Both the position numbers and the translations under genes were made by a program. This document shows, piece by piece, positions 1 to 8,750 of a DNA stretch of 20,000 bases. Position 1 is the stretch's first letter, and each line of letters starts with the position of its first letter. Location of the stretch: the IMG/VR virus record IMGVR_UViG_3300021962_000081; one strand, 5' to 3'. Source of the DNA: an uncultured virus (IMG/VR IMGVR_UViG_3300021962_000081). Its lineage: Duplodnaviria; Heunggongvirae; Uroviricota; Caudoviricetes. The notes under the pieces are model-generated. The model was not told the origin of the DNA. It ran no database searches and saw only the letters and a list, made by a program, of their open reading frames with translations.

Positions 1-2
1 CC

Positions 3-1031
3 AATGGTGAGTATTTTGCTATTGGTGTTGGTGGTACTGTCACTGGTAAAGGAGCTGATCTTCTCATCATTGACGATCCTCATTCGGAGCAAGAAGCAGC
101 GTTAGCCGCTGGAGATCCATCGGTATACGATAAAGTATTTGAGTGGTACACCTCAGGTCCACGTCAGCGTTTACAACCTGGAGGTTCGATTGTAGTGGTG
201 ATGACCCGTTGGGCTAAACGAGACCTAACAGGCAGGATTCTACAATCTATGGTGGATCGTGATGGTGATGAATGGGAAATCATTGAACTCCCAGCCATCC
301 TTCCAAATGAAAAACCTTTATGGCCAGAGTTTTGGTCTTTTGATGAATTAAGTAAATTAAGAATAGAGTTGCCGTTAAGTAAATGGCAAGCTCAGTACCA
401 ACAAGACCCAACCTCTGAAGAAGGTGCGCTAGTTAAGCGTGAATGGTGGCAAGAGTGGGAAGCAGAAAACCCACCTTACTGTCAGTTTATTATTCAGTCA
501 TGGGATACGGCTTTTACCAAGAATGAACGTTCTGACTATTCAGCTTGTACCACTTGGGGAGTGTTTTATAAAGATGAAAACGAAAATGATCCTCATATTA
601 TTCTTCTTGATGCTTTTAAAGAGCGGATGGAATTTCCAGAACTTAAAGCAAGAGCGCTTGAATACTATCAAGAATGGCAACCTGATGCCTTTATTATCGA
701 AGCAAAAGCCTCTGGAGCCCCGTTAGTATTTGAATTAAGAAGGATGGGAATACCCGTTCAAGAGTTTACACCGACCCGTGGAAACGATAAAATAAGCAGA
801 TTAAACTCTGTAACAGATTTATTCGCTTCTGGCAAGGTATGGGCACCACGCAAAAGGTGGGCCGAAGAAGTCATAGAAGAGATGGCAGCCTTTCCGAATT
901 CAGACCACGATGACTTAGTGGACTCTTCAACCCAAGCTCTTATTCGGTTTAGAAAGGGAGGATTCGTTAATCTTCCAACAGACGAACCAGATGAACCAAG
1001 AGAATTTAGACGCAAAGTAGCATATTACTAA
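3..1031 (+). CDS. terL: Terminase large subunit, 5'-truncated (end of ATPase domain plus C-terminal RNase H-like nuclease domain)
   Basis: The frame is open from position 3, upstream of the tracked start at 195: NGEYFAIGVGGTVTGKGADLLIIDDPHSEQ (Walker B LLIIDD), then VMTRW (motif III/coupling), nuclease motifs QSWDTA and HDDLVDS. Lies directly upstream of the portal. Confidence 0.95.
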   Translation, partial: NGEYFAIGVGGTVTGKGADLLIIDDPHSEQEAALAAGDPSVYDKVFEWYTSGPRQRLQPGGSIVVVMTRWAKRDLTGRILQSMVDRDGDEWEIIELPAILPNEKPLWPEFWSFDELSKLRIELPLSKWQAQYQQDPTSEEGALVKREWWQEWEAENPPYCQFIIQSWDTAFTKNERSDYSACTTWGVFYKDENENDPHIILLDAFKERMEFPELKARALEYYQEWQPDAFIIEAKASGAPLVFELRRMGIPVQEFTPTRGNDKISRLNSVTDLFASGKVWAPRKRWAEEVIEEMAAFPNSDHDDLVDSSTQALIRFRKGGFVNLPTDEPDEPREFRRKVAYY

Positions 1032-1040
1032 GGAAAAATT

Positions 1041-3533
1041 ATGGCAATCGACAAAGCATTATACGAAGCACCACAAGGTCTAGCAGCAATTGATCAAGCA
1101 CCTCCAGTTGAAATTGAAATTGAAGATCCAGAATCTGTCAGTATTAAAATGGATGGATTAGAAATTGATCTTGAAAAAGCAGAAGACACTGAAGAGTTTA
1201 ACAAAAACTTAGCAGAAGAATTAACTGAAGGTGAGTTAACGCTTTTAGCAGGTGATCTCATTGGTGATTTTGATGGTGACGTAGCGTCAAGAAAAGACTG
1301 GATTCAAACTTATGTCGATGGTTTAGAATTACTTGGTCTTAAAATTGAAGAACGCTCAGAGCCATGGGATGGTGCGTGTGGAGTCTATCACCCAATCTTA
1401 GCTGAAGCAGTCACTAAATTCCAATCAGAAACAATCATGGATACTTTCCCAGCATCTGGTCCAGTTAAGGGCGAGATCATTGGAAAAGAAACACAAGAGA
1501 AAAAAGATGCCATGGAGCGTGTCGTTGATGACATGAACTATGAGCTTACAGAAAAGATGACAGAGTATCGTTCAGAACATGAACGTATGCTATGGGGTAC
1601 AGCGTTATCTGGTAACGGATTTAAGAAAGTCTACGTAGATCCAGGTCTTGATCGTCAAGTATCTATCTATGTTCCTTCAGAAGATTTAGTTGTACCTTAT
1701 GGTGCATCTAATCTTGAAACAGCAGAGCGTGTATCACACGTTATGCGTAAAACAGAAAATGAATTACTAAGACTTCAACTTGATGGATTCTATCGTGATG
1801 TTGAATTAGGCGCACCACAAAATACATTAGATGAAGTTGAGAAGAAGATTGCAGAGAAGTTAGGCTTCCGTGCAACAACTGATTCTAGATATAAATTGAT
1901 TGAAATGCAGGTTGATTTAGATCTTCCTGGATTTGAACATAAAGATGACAAAGGTAATAAGACTGGTTTAAAACTTCCATACATTGTCACTATTGAATAC
2001 GGCAGCATGACAGTATTAGCTGTACGTAGAAACTGGGAACCAGATGATGAGACATATCAAAAACGTCAGCACTTTGTTCACTATCCATACATTCCAGGCT
2101 TTGGCTTCTATGCATTTGGTCTTATTCACTTAATCGGTGGATTTGCTAAGTCTGGTACATCTATCTTACGTCAATTAGTAGACGCTGGATCACTTGCTAA
2201 CCTTCCAGGTGGATTTAAGACTCGTGGTTTACGAGTCAAAGGTGATGATACACCAATTGCTCCAGGTGAATTTAGAGATGTAGACGTACCTTCTGGCACG
2301 ATGAAAGACAACATCATGCCTTTACCATACAAAGAACCATCACAAACACTCATTCAACTACTCAATCAGATTATTGAAGAGGGTAGAAGATTCGCAGCAG
2401 CAGGTGATTTGAAGGTTTCTGACATGAGTGCTAACTCTCCAGTAGGCACAACGCTTGCAATTTTAGAAAGAACACTCAAAGTGATGTCAGCTATTCAAGC
2501 TCGTATGCACTTTTCAATGAAAAATGAGTTTAAATTACTCAAAAAGATCATTGCAAGCTACGCTCCAGCTGATTATTCATACCAACCAGCGACAGGAACT
2601 AAGAAAGCTCGTAGATCTGACTACGAAATGGTCAACATTATCCCTGTTTCTGACCCAAATGCAGCCACAATGTCACAAAAAGTGGTGCAATACCAAGCTG
2701 TTTTACAACTTTCACAAACAGCACCTCAACTTTACAACTTACCATACCTACATCGTCAGATGTTAGACGTATTAGGCATCAAAAATGCTGAAAAATTGGT
2801 ACCGTTACCTGAAGATGAGAAGCCATTAGACCCAATCACTGAGAATATGAACGCTTTAAAGAACAAACCTATGAAAGCTTTCATGTATCAAGACCATCAA
2901 GCGCATATTCAGATTCATATGGCGTTATTAAACGATCCAAAGGTAAGAGAATTGATTGGTCAAAACCCACAAGCACCATTAATTGCACAGGCATTACAAG
3001 CTCATATCACAGAACATATTGGTATGGAGTATAAACGTCAAATGGAGCTTGCTATGGGCGTTAATATCCCATACAACGACCTTGATGACAGTGATGATGC
3101 AACTAAATTATCACCAGAACAAGAACTTCAAATTGCTAGATTGGCAGTTCCAGCAGCACAGAACTTACTCAATCAAAATCAAACTGAAGTGGCAGCACGC
3201 AATGCTCAACAAGCAGCGCAAGATCCTGTGGTTCAAATGCAACTCAAAGAACTTCAATTGAAAGCACAAGAAGTTGATATCAAGATGAAGAAAATGCAAA
3301 TTGATGCAGCTGCTAAAGCTGATCAGTTAGAAGTTGAACGCTCAAGAATTGCTGCGCAAAAAGAAATTGCAGGAATGCAAGCAACAATCAAAGCACAATC
3401 TGACAAAGCATCTATTGCTTCCAAAGAAAAAATAGAAGGCTTTAAGATGGGCTCTGATTTAGGTAAAGCAAAAGCTCAAATGGCTATGCAAGAAAAACAA
3501 AAACCACAACCTTCAAACAAGGAAACTAAATGA
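1041..3533 (+). CDS. Portal (head-tail connector) protein with long Gln/Lys/Ala-rich C-terminal coiled coil
   Basis: 830 aa, immediately after terL, SD AAGGA upstream. Core segments (HPILAEAVTKFQ, GFKKVYVD, GFGFYAFGLIHLIGG) resemble podovirus-type portals. The helical C-terminus is reminiscent of the P22 portal barrel. Confidence 0.88.
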   Translation: MAIDKALYEAPQGLAAIDQAPPVEIEIEDPESVSIKMDGLEIDLEKAEDTEEFNKNLAEELTEGELTLLAGDLIGDFDGDVASRKDWIQTYVDGLELLGLKIEERSEPWDGACGVYHPILAEAVTKFQSETIMDTFPASGPVKGEIIGKETQEKKDAMERVVDDMNYELTEKMTEYRSEHERMLWGTALSGNGFKKVYVDPGLDRQVSIYVPSEDLVVPYGASNLETAERVSHVMRKTENELLRLQLDGFYRDVELGAPQNTLDEVEKKIAEKLGFRATTDSRYKLIEMQVDLDLPGFEHKDDKGNKTGLKLPYIVTIEYGSMTVLAVRRNWEPDDETYQKRQHFVHYPYIPGFGFYAFGLIHLIGGFAKSGTSILRQLVDAGSLANLPGGFKTRGLRVKGDDTPIAPGEFRDVDVPSGTMKDNIMPLPYKEPSQTLIQLLNQIIEEGRRFAAAGDLKVSDMSANSPVGTTLAILERTLKVMSAIQARMHFSMKNEFKLLKKIIASYAPADYSYQPATGTKKARRSDYEMVNIIPVSDPNAATMSQKVVQYQAVLQLSQTAPQLYNLPYLHRQMLDVLGIKNAEKLVPLPEDEKPLDPITENMNALKNKPMKAFMYQDHQAHIQIHMALLNDPKVRELIGQNPQAPLIAQALQAHITEHIGMEYKRQMELAMGVNIPYNDLDDSDDATKLSPEQELQIARLAVPAAQNLLNQNQTEVAARNAQQAAQDPVVQMQLKELQLKAQEVDIKMKKMQIDAAAKADQLEVERSRIAAQKEIAGMQATIKAQSDKASIASKEKIEGFKMGSDLGKAKAQMAMQEKQKPQPSNKETK

Positions 3534-3718
3534 ATGAATATGAAGTTATATTAAGGGAAATAGATATACAGGTTAGAAATTTAGAAGAACATTTAGGAAC
3601 AGGCATGGCCAAAGACTATGCTGAGTACCAAAATATATGTGGAAAGATATCAGGTCTACTTTCTACACGAAGATACATACAAGACCTTCAAAAAAATATG
3701 GAGAACTCAGATGAGTGA
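3530..3718 (+). CDS. Small hypothetical protein (62 aa, helical)
   Basis: ATGA overlap with the portal stop, SD AAGGAA upstream. Motif DYAEYQNICGKISGL is typical of the small ORF found between portal and GroES in this kind of phage. Confidence 0.75.
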   Translation: MNEYEVILREIDIQVRNLEEHLGTGMAKDYAEYQNICGKISGLLSTRRYIQDLQKNMENSDE

Positions 3719-4121
3719 AATACTAATCGGATCAAACCCCGATGATGTAAACGCAACAACATCTCTGCCCCAAACTGCAGAGGAAAAAGCAAAGCAACTC
3801 CCAGAGGTTTCAGGTTATAGAATTTTATGTGCTATACCAGAAGCTGATGACAAGTTTGATAGTGGACTGGTAAAGTCTGCTGAAACAATGAGAAATGAAG
3901 AAGTTTTATCTACAGTATTCTTTGTAGTTAAAATGGGTCCAGATTGTTACAAGGATGAAAAAAGATTTCCTTCAGGTCCTTGGTGCAAAGTTGGAGACTT
4001 CATCTTAGCCCGCCCTAATTCAGGTACACGCCTGAAGATTCACAATAGGGAATTCCGAATAATCAATGATGATAGTGTCGAAGGTATCGTAGAAGATCCT
4101 CGTGGCATTAGTCGTATTTAA
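3711..4121 (+). CDS. groES: GroES/Cpn10-like co-chaperonin (136 aa)
   Basis: Likely start is ATG 3711 (GGAGA at 3700-3704), not 3618. GroES-like pattern: LPEVSGYRILC, mobile-loop-like SGLV, VVKMGPDCY, CKVGDFIL, G-T-R-L-K, REFRIINDDSVEGIV. Confidence 0.85.
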   Translation: MSEILIGSNPDDVNATTSLPQTAEEKAKQLPEVSGYRILCAIPEADDKFDSGLVKSAETMRNEEVLSTVFFVVKMGPDCYKDEKRFPSGPWCKVGDFILARPNSGTRLKIHNREFRIINDDSVEGIVEDPRGISRI

Positions 4122-4132
4122 GGAGAATATAA

Positions 4133-5095
4133 ATGGCTGATGATGATTTTAAATTTCCAGATGAAATGGAAAATGAAGTACCAGAAGTAGAGGCTGCAGC
4201 TGAACCTCAGGTTGAAATCGAAGTAGTAGATGATCGACCAGTTGAGGATCAAAAGAATGCTCAACCTTTACCAGAAGCAATTGTAAAAGAGATTGATGAA
4301 GATGACCTAGAGAAGTACAACGCTGAGGCTAAACAACGTCTTTTACAAATGAAAAAACTCATTAATGATGAGCGTAGAGCAAAAGAACAAGCATTACGTG
4401 AGCAACAAGAAGCAATTCGTGTAGCACAATCATTAGTAGAAGAAACTAAAAAACTTAAAGGCCGTCTAACAGAAGGCGAAAAAGTATACGTTTCTAATGC
4501 TAAAGAAGGTGCAGAACGACAACTAGAGCTAGCTAGAATCGCTTATAAAGAAGCGTATGATTCTGGTGACTCTGAAAAGGTTGTTGAAGCACAAGAAAAA
4601 CTCACAGAAGCTAAGTTTAAACTTCACGAAGTTGAGTCTTATAGACCTCAATATGACGAAAGTGCTTTACAAACAGCTGAAAATGAGGTAAAAATACCAG
4701 AACAGTCACAACAACCGCAACGTTTGGATTCAAAAACCCAAGCCTGGTTGGACAAAAACAGCTGGTATGGTGTTGATGACGATATGAGTTTCCTCGCTAT
4801 GGGTATTCATAGAAAACTAGAACGCAACGGAGTCGTTACTGGCTCTGATGAATACTGGAACGCTATAGATACCGAAATGCGAAAACGATTCCCAGAAAAA
4901 TTTGCTGGCGAAAATACCCCAGAGACCAAAGACTCTGTTAAAAAACCATCAACGGTAGTAGCGCCTGCTACACGTTCTACATCCCCAAAAAAGATTAGAC
5001 TGACGCAGACACAATTAGCTTTGGCTAAAAAGTTCAAACTTTCTCCAGAGCAATATGCGCTGGAATTAACTAAATTGGAGTCCCAAAATGGCTGA
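4133..5095 (+). CDS. Putative capsid scaffolding protein
   Basis: 320 aa with an acidic N-terminus, long Glu/Lys/Ala coiled coil, and a basic C-terminal helical element (RLTQTQLALAKKFKLSPEQYA). Lies between portal and capsid genes; SD AAGGAGA. Confidence 0.65.
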   Translation: MADDDFKFPDEMENEVPEVEAAAEPQVEIEVVDDRPVEDQKNAQPLPEAIVKEIDEDDLEKYNAEAKQRLLQMKKLINDERRAKEQALREQQEAIRVAQSLVEETKKLKGRLTEGEKVYVSNAKEGAERQLELARIAYKEAYDSGDSEKVVEAQEKLTEAKFKLHEVESYRPQYDESALQTAENEVKIPEQSQQPQRLDSKTQAWLDKNSWYGVDDDMSFLAMGIHRKLERNGVVTGSDEYWNAIDTEMRKRFPEKFAGENTPETKDSVKKPSTVVAPATRSTSPKKIRLTQTQLALAKKFKLSPEQYALELTKLESQNG

Positions 5096-5534
5096 AAATA
5101 GAATTCCCCGTGAAGTAGATACCCGTCAACAGGAAGAGCGCCCTAAACAGTGGCAAGCTCCTGAATTGTTACCAGAACCCGATAAGCAACCTGGTTTTGC
5201 GTACAGATGGATTAGAGTTTCAATGCTGAACTCAGCAGACCCACGCAATCTAAGTACTAAACTTCGAGAAGGCTGGGAACCTGTAAGAGCAGAAGAGCAA
5301 CCTAAATTTAAACTGTTAGTTGATCCCGATAGTCGTTATAAAGACAACATCGAGATTGGCGGATTATTACTTTGTAAGACACCTCTTGAATTAGTCGAAC
5401 AAAGAACAGAGTACTATGATAAGCAAACGCAATCTCAAACAGACGCTGTAGATAATAATCTTATGCGTCAAAACGATCCTAGAATGCCTCTCTTTAATGA
5501 GAGAAAATCTACGAGCAGTTTTGGCAAAGGTTAA
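5088..5534 (+). CDS. Conserved phage head-module hypothetical protein (148 aa)
   Basis: Overlaps the scaffold stop, SD GGAG. Motifs YRWIR, REGWEPV and IGGLLLCK are recognisable from head modules of environmental phages. Confidence 0.75.
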   Translation: MAENRIPREVDTRQQEERPKQWQAPELLPEPDKQPGFAYRWIRVSMLNSADPRNLSTKLREGWEPVRAEEQPKFKLLVDPDSRYKDNIEIGGLLLCKTPLELVEQRTEYYDKQTQSQTDAVDNNLMRQNDPRMPLFNERKSTSSFGKG

Positions 5535-5557
5535 TTCATTAATTTAAGGAGATTTAT

Positions 5558-6181
5558 ATGGCATATCCAACCATTTCAGCTCCATACGGCTTTAAAGCGA
5601 TTAATCGTTATGACGGTATTCCTTACGCTGGTGCTACTTTACAGTACCCAATTGCGTCAACATACAATACTGCAATCTATAACGGTGCATCAGTTAAAAT
5701 CGTAGCGGGCGGTACAATTGAATTATCAGGTGCAACAACTACAGGTACTATCATTGGTGTTGTAACTGGTTTTCAATATACAAACTCATCAGGTCAAACA
5801 GTTCAAGCTCAATACTATCCAGGTACTAGCGTTACTAATGCTATTGCTTATGTAGTTGTTGATCCTACAGCTGAGTATAAAGTGACATTAACAGCTTCAG
5901 GTGCTCCAACAGTAGTGGTAGGTGCTAACGCAACTATCGTTGGTGCAAACTTAGCTGAAATCCAAAACGGTACAGGTTCTGCAACAACTGGCGATGCACA
6001 ATCATCATGCGTTATCCCAGGTACTGGTACTGGTTCAGCAACAACATTACCATGGAGAGTAGTTGCAGTTGTGCCTGATACAGCATATGTATCATCTGGC
6101 GTAACTCTTTACCCAGAAGTAATTGTTAAAGTTAATAACCCACAGTTAACTGCCCTCACAGGCACTAACTACACAGCTTAA
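5558..6181 (+). CDS. Putative capsid decoration/cement protein (207 aa)
   Basis: Thr/Gly/Ala/Val-rich, beta-type composition, immediately upstream of the MCP. Strong SD TAAGGAGA. N-terminal APYGFK motif. Confidence 0.55.
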   Translation: MAYPTISAPYGFKAINRYDGIPYAGATLQYPIASTYNTAIYNGASVKIVAGGTIELSGATTTGTIIGVVTGFQYTNSSGQTVQAQYYPGTSVTNAIAYVVVDPTAEYKVTLTASGAPTVVVGANATIVGANLAEIQNGTGSATTGDAQSSCVIPGTGTGSATTLPWRVVAVVPDTAYVSSGVTLYPEVIVKVNNPQLTALTGTNYTA

Positions 6182-6197
6182 TTAAGGAGAATAAAAC

Positions 6198-7106
6198 ATG
6201 GCTATTTCACGTGCACAGCTCCTAAAAGAGCTATTACCAGGTCTTAATGCGCTATTCGGTTTAGAGTACGCAAGATATGGCGAAGAACATAAAGAAATCT
6301 ACGAAACAGAGACTTCAGAACGTTCATTCGAAGAAGAAACAAAACTTTCAGGCTTCTCAGCAGCACCAGTTAAAAACGAAGGCACTGCCATCGCTTATGA
6401 CAATGCTCAAGAAGCATGGACAGCTCGATACAATCATGAAACTATCGCTCTTGGCTTCAGCTTAACTGAAGAAGCTATTGAAGATAACTTATATGATTCT
6501 TTATCAGCTCGTTACACAAAAGCTTTAGCAAGAGCTATGGCTTACACAAAACAAGTTAAGGCTGCTGCAGTTATTAATAACGGCTTCAGTGCTTCATACG
6601 CTGGTGGTGACGGCAAAGCTTTATTTGCTACTGACCATCCACTTGTTTCAGGCGGTACAAATAGTAACACTCCATCAACAGCAGCTGACTTGAACGAAAC
6701 TTCATTGGAAAATGCAGTTATTCAAATCGCAGCTTGGACTGATGAGCGTGGTCTATTAATTGCAGCTAAACCTAAAAAACTTATCGTTCCACCAGCATTG
6801 CAATTCGTTGCAACTCGCTTGTTAGAAACTGAGTTACGTGTTGGTACAGCTGACAATGATATCAATGCTATTAAGAACAATGGTTCTATTCCAGAAGGTT
6901 ACACAGTTAACCACTTCTTGACAGACACAAACGGTTGGTACTTAACAACTGATGTTCCTAATGGTATGAAACACTTTGTTCGTACTCCATTAAGCAATTC
7001 AATGGACGGTGACTTCGATACAGGTAACGTACGTTATAAATCACGTGAACGTTACTCATTCGGCTGGTCAGATCCGCTCGGTATGTTCGGTTCACCAGGT
7101 GCTTAA
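6198..7106 (+). CDS. Major capsid protein (HK97 fold; Mu gpT-like family)
   Basis: 302 aa. N-terminus MAISRAQLLKELLPGLNALFGLEY, then EEAIEDNLY, PKKLIVPPAL and RERYSFGWSD. Strong SD TAAGGAGA; followed by an intrinsic terminator. Confidence 0.92.
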   Translation: MAISRAQLLKELLPGLNALFGLEYARYGEEHKEIYETETSERSFEEETKLSGFSAAPVKNEGTAIAYDNAQEAWTARYNHETIALGFSLTEEAIEDNLYDSLSARYTKALARAMAYTKQVKAAAVINNGFSASYAGGDGKALFATDHPLVSGGTNSNTPSTAADLNETSLENAVIQIAAWTDERGLLIAAKPKKLIVPPALQFVATRLLETELRVGTADNDINAIKNNGSIPEGYTVNHFLTDTNGWYLTTDVPNGMKHFVRTPLSNSMDGDFDTGNVRYKSRERYSFGWSDPLGMFGSPGA

Positions 7107-7124
7107 TTAAGCATTTGATGGTAG

Positions 7125-7152
7125 AAAAGGCTCTATTCGTAGGGCCTTTTTT
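7125..7152 (+). terminator. Rho-independent terminator after the major capsid gene
   Basis: AAAAGGCTCTA-TTCG-TAGGGCCTTTTTT: stem with one G-U pair, UUCG loop, U-tract. The upstream A-tract suggests it may act bidirectionally. Confidence 0.88.
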
Positions 7153-7214
7153 ATTTGCCTGCGTATATGAAAATACTAGCGTTTACGGGCAAAAGTATTG
7201 TAAAATAAACATAT

Positions 7215-7290
7215 CCAGGAATAACCTGGTTTATTAGACTGTCCTGGCAGACGCATAAAAGACTAATAAGCCTAACTTTTTATGAAGGAA
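7215..7290 (+). ncRNA. Candidate structured RNA with two pseudoknots (possibly the Mu-gpT-DE motif)
   Basis: 10-bp stem 7228-7237/7263-7272. Inner hairpin CTG-TCCTGG-CAG (7239-7250) whose loop complements CCAGGA (7215-7220). CATAAAA (7254-7260) complements TTTTATG (7278-7284), next to SD AAGGAA. Located just downstream of a gpT-like capsid gene. Confidence 0.6.
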
Positions 7291-7295
7291 AAATC

Positions 7296-7775
7296 ATGTC
7301 AAGAACCACATTCTCAGGTCCAGTCAAATCAGGTACCAATAGATACTCACCAAGCAAGAACGTTGGAACAACAGTATTAACACAATCTACAGCATTTGCA
7401 TTTACAGCTGCAGGTACTACAACTAATACATTCTACATTCCATCTGCTAGTAAAATCTTAAGCATTACATTTGATACTACAACAGCATTCACAGGCGGTA
7501 CAGGCGCTGTTACAGTAGGTAATGTTGCTTCAGGTACACAATACGCTTCATCAACAACAGTAACTACAGGTGGTCGTGCAACTCCAACATTCACAGCTGC
7601 ACAATTAACATCTATGTTATCAACTCCAGTTGATGTAGCTTCTAGCAACGGTAACGGTGCTTCATCAGCAATTGCAGTAACAGCAGTAGCAGGTGCAGGC
7701 GTAACAGCTGGATCATTAGTAGTTACTATTACTTACATCCAATCAGACGACCGTGCAAACTCAGGCGACCAATAA
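7296..7775 (+). CDS. Putative minor virion structural protein (159 aa, Thr/Ala/Gly/Ser-rich)
   Basis: SD AAGGAA at 7285-7290. N-terminal MSRTTFSGPVKS motif is typical of the gene following the MCP in such phages. Beta-rich composition. Confidence 0.65.
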   Translation: MSRTTFSGPVKSGTNRYSPSKNVGTTVLTQSTAFAFTAAGTTTNTFYIPSASKILSITFDTTTAFTGGTGAVTVGNVASGTQYASSTTVTTGGRATPTFTAAQLTSMLSTPVDVASSNGNGASSAIAVTAVAGAGVTAGSLVVTITYIQSDDRANSGDQ

Positions 7776-7782
7776 TTAATCT

Positions 7783-7807
7783 AAGGGGAGTTCTCTCCCC
7801 TTTGTTT
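7783..7807 (+). terminator. Probable intrinsic terminator or stabilising hairpin
   Basis: AAGGGGAG-TTCT-CTCCCCTT, a perfect 8-bp stem followed by TGTTT, in the gap after the 7775 stop. Confidence 0.72.
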
Positions 7808-7827
7808 ATAACTTAAGGAGATTAATT

Positions 7828-8118
7828 ATGGCAATGCAATATGATGTAAAATCTACGGCTATAGCTGCCGCTCAAACCAATTCTGCTGTATTCGCTGGCC
7901 CTGCTCGTATTAAGGGTATGGTTATTGGCGTTCCTACAGCTGGAGGCACTTTAACTCTAAGAGACGGCTCTGGTGGCACTGTAGTATTTTCAGTAGTAAT
8001 TCCCTCAAACGCAGGCGGAGTATCTAACATCGTTATTCCTGGTGAAGGCATACGATGCGATAACGGTATTTATGCAACAACTCCAGCTAGTATGACAGTC
8101 ACAGTATTTTATGGATAG
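7828..8118 (+). CDS. Hypothetical small beta-rich virion protein (96 aa)
   Basis: SD TAAGGAGA. Motifs GPARIKG and IPGEGIRCDNGIY. Confidence 0.7.
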   Translation: MAMQYDVKSTAIAAAQTNSAVFAGPARIKGMVIGVPTAGGTLTLRDGSGGTVVFSVVIPSNAGGVSNIVIPGEGIRCDNGIYATTPASMTVTVFYG

Positions 8119-8365
8119 CGCTTCTATGATGATGCTATGGAATCTTTTACTAACTGTTGTAGTTGGTATTATTGGCTATATTGTTAAAGATAAATTTGAT
8201 GAGCTTACCCGTCTTAGTATATTACTTAATAAGACTCGTGAAGAAGTTGCTCGTGATAATGTTACTCAAGCTGAACTAGATAGAATTGTAACTCACTTGG
8301 ATGTACGATTCTCTAAACTAGAAGGCAAGATTGACGAACTTATAAGACAACATCATGCCCAGTAA
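8111..8365 (+). CDS. Small membrane protein: N-terminal TM helix plus coiled coil (holin-like candidate)
   Basis: Hydrophobic segment LWNLLLTVVVGIIGYIV followed by a heptad-like charged helix. Overlaps both neighbouring genes. Confidence 0.55.
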   Translation: MDSASMMMLWNLLLTVVVGIIGYIVKDKFDELTRLSILLNKTREEVARDNVTQAELDRIVTHLDVRFSKLEGKIDELIRQHHAQ

Positions 8366-8741
8366 ATCCAAAGCTCAACATAAACTTATGACAGCAGTAG
8401 CTCATAATAAAGCTTTTGCTAAAAAGGTTGGTATTCCACAATCTGTAGGTAAAGATTTTATGGAAGCTGACAAAGGTAAGAAGTTTAAAAAAGGCGGTGT
8501 ATCTTTAGCTGTAGGACGTGGTGAAAAACTACCTGTATCTAAAGGTGCTGGTTTAACAGCAAAAGGTCGTGCTAAGTATAATGCTGCTACAGGATCTAAT
8601 TTAAAAGCGCCACAACCACAAGGTGGGCCTCGTAAAAGATCATTCTGTGCTCGTATGTCAGGAATGCCTGGTCCAATGAAAGATGAAAAGGGCAGACCTA
8701 CTCGTAAAGCAGCTTCTCTAAAACGCTGGAAATGTAATTAA
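8355..8741 (+). CDS. Basic Lys-rich hypothetical protein (128 aa)
   Basis: Begins MPSKSKAQHKLM; contains GLTAKGRAKYN, RKRSFCARM, SLKRWKC. Appears to be two modules joined at FKKGG. Confidence 0.75.
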   Translation: MPSKSKAQHKLMTAVAHNKAFAKKVGIPQSVGKDFMEADKGKKFKKGGVSLAVGRGEKLPVSKGAGLTAKGRAKYNAATGSNLKAPQPQGGPRKRSFCARMSGMPGPMKDEKGRPTRKAASLKRWKCN

Positions 8742-8750
8742 GGAACTAAT

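Noticed and set aside
195..197. Tracked start of the terminase ORF
   Set aside because: The frame is open to the window edge and includes the Walker B motif upstream, so the true start lies outside the window.
3618..3710. Longer 167-aa start for the GroES-like gene
   Set aside because: It overlaps the 62-aa gene by about 100 nt. ATG 3711 has a GGAGA SD and a typical short overlap.
6167..6181. Decoration-like protein ends in YTA, like the three Gly-rich proteins
   Set aside because: A three-residue match in Thr/Ala-rich proteins with no other similarity is probably chance.
7100..7113. Perfect 14-bp palindrome TGCTTAATTAAGCA over the MCP stop; possible readthrough or operator
   Set aside because: Similar TAATTAA stop-plus-spacer junctions occur at other gene ends in this AT-rich sequence, and readthrough meets TGA after three codons.
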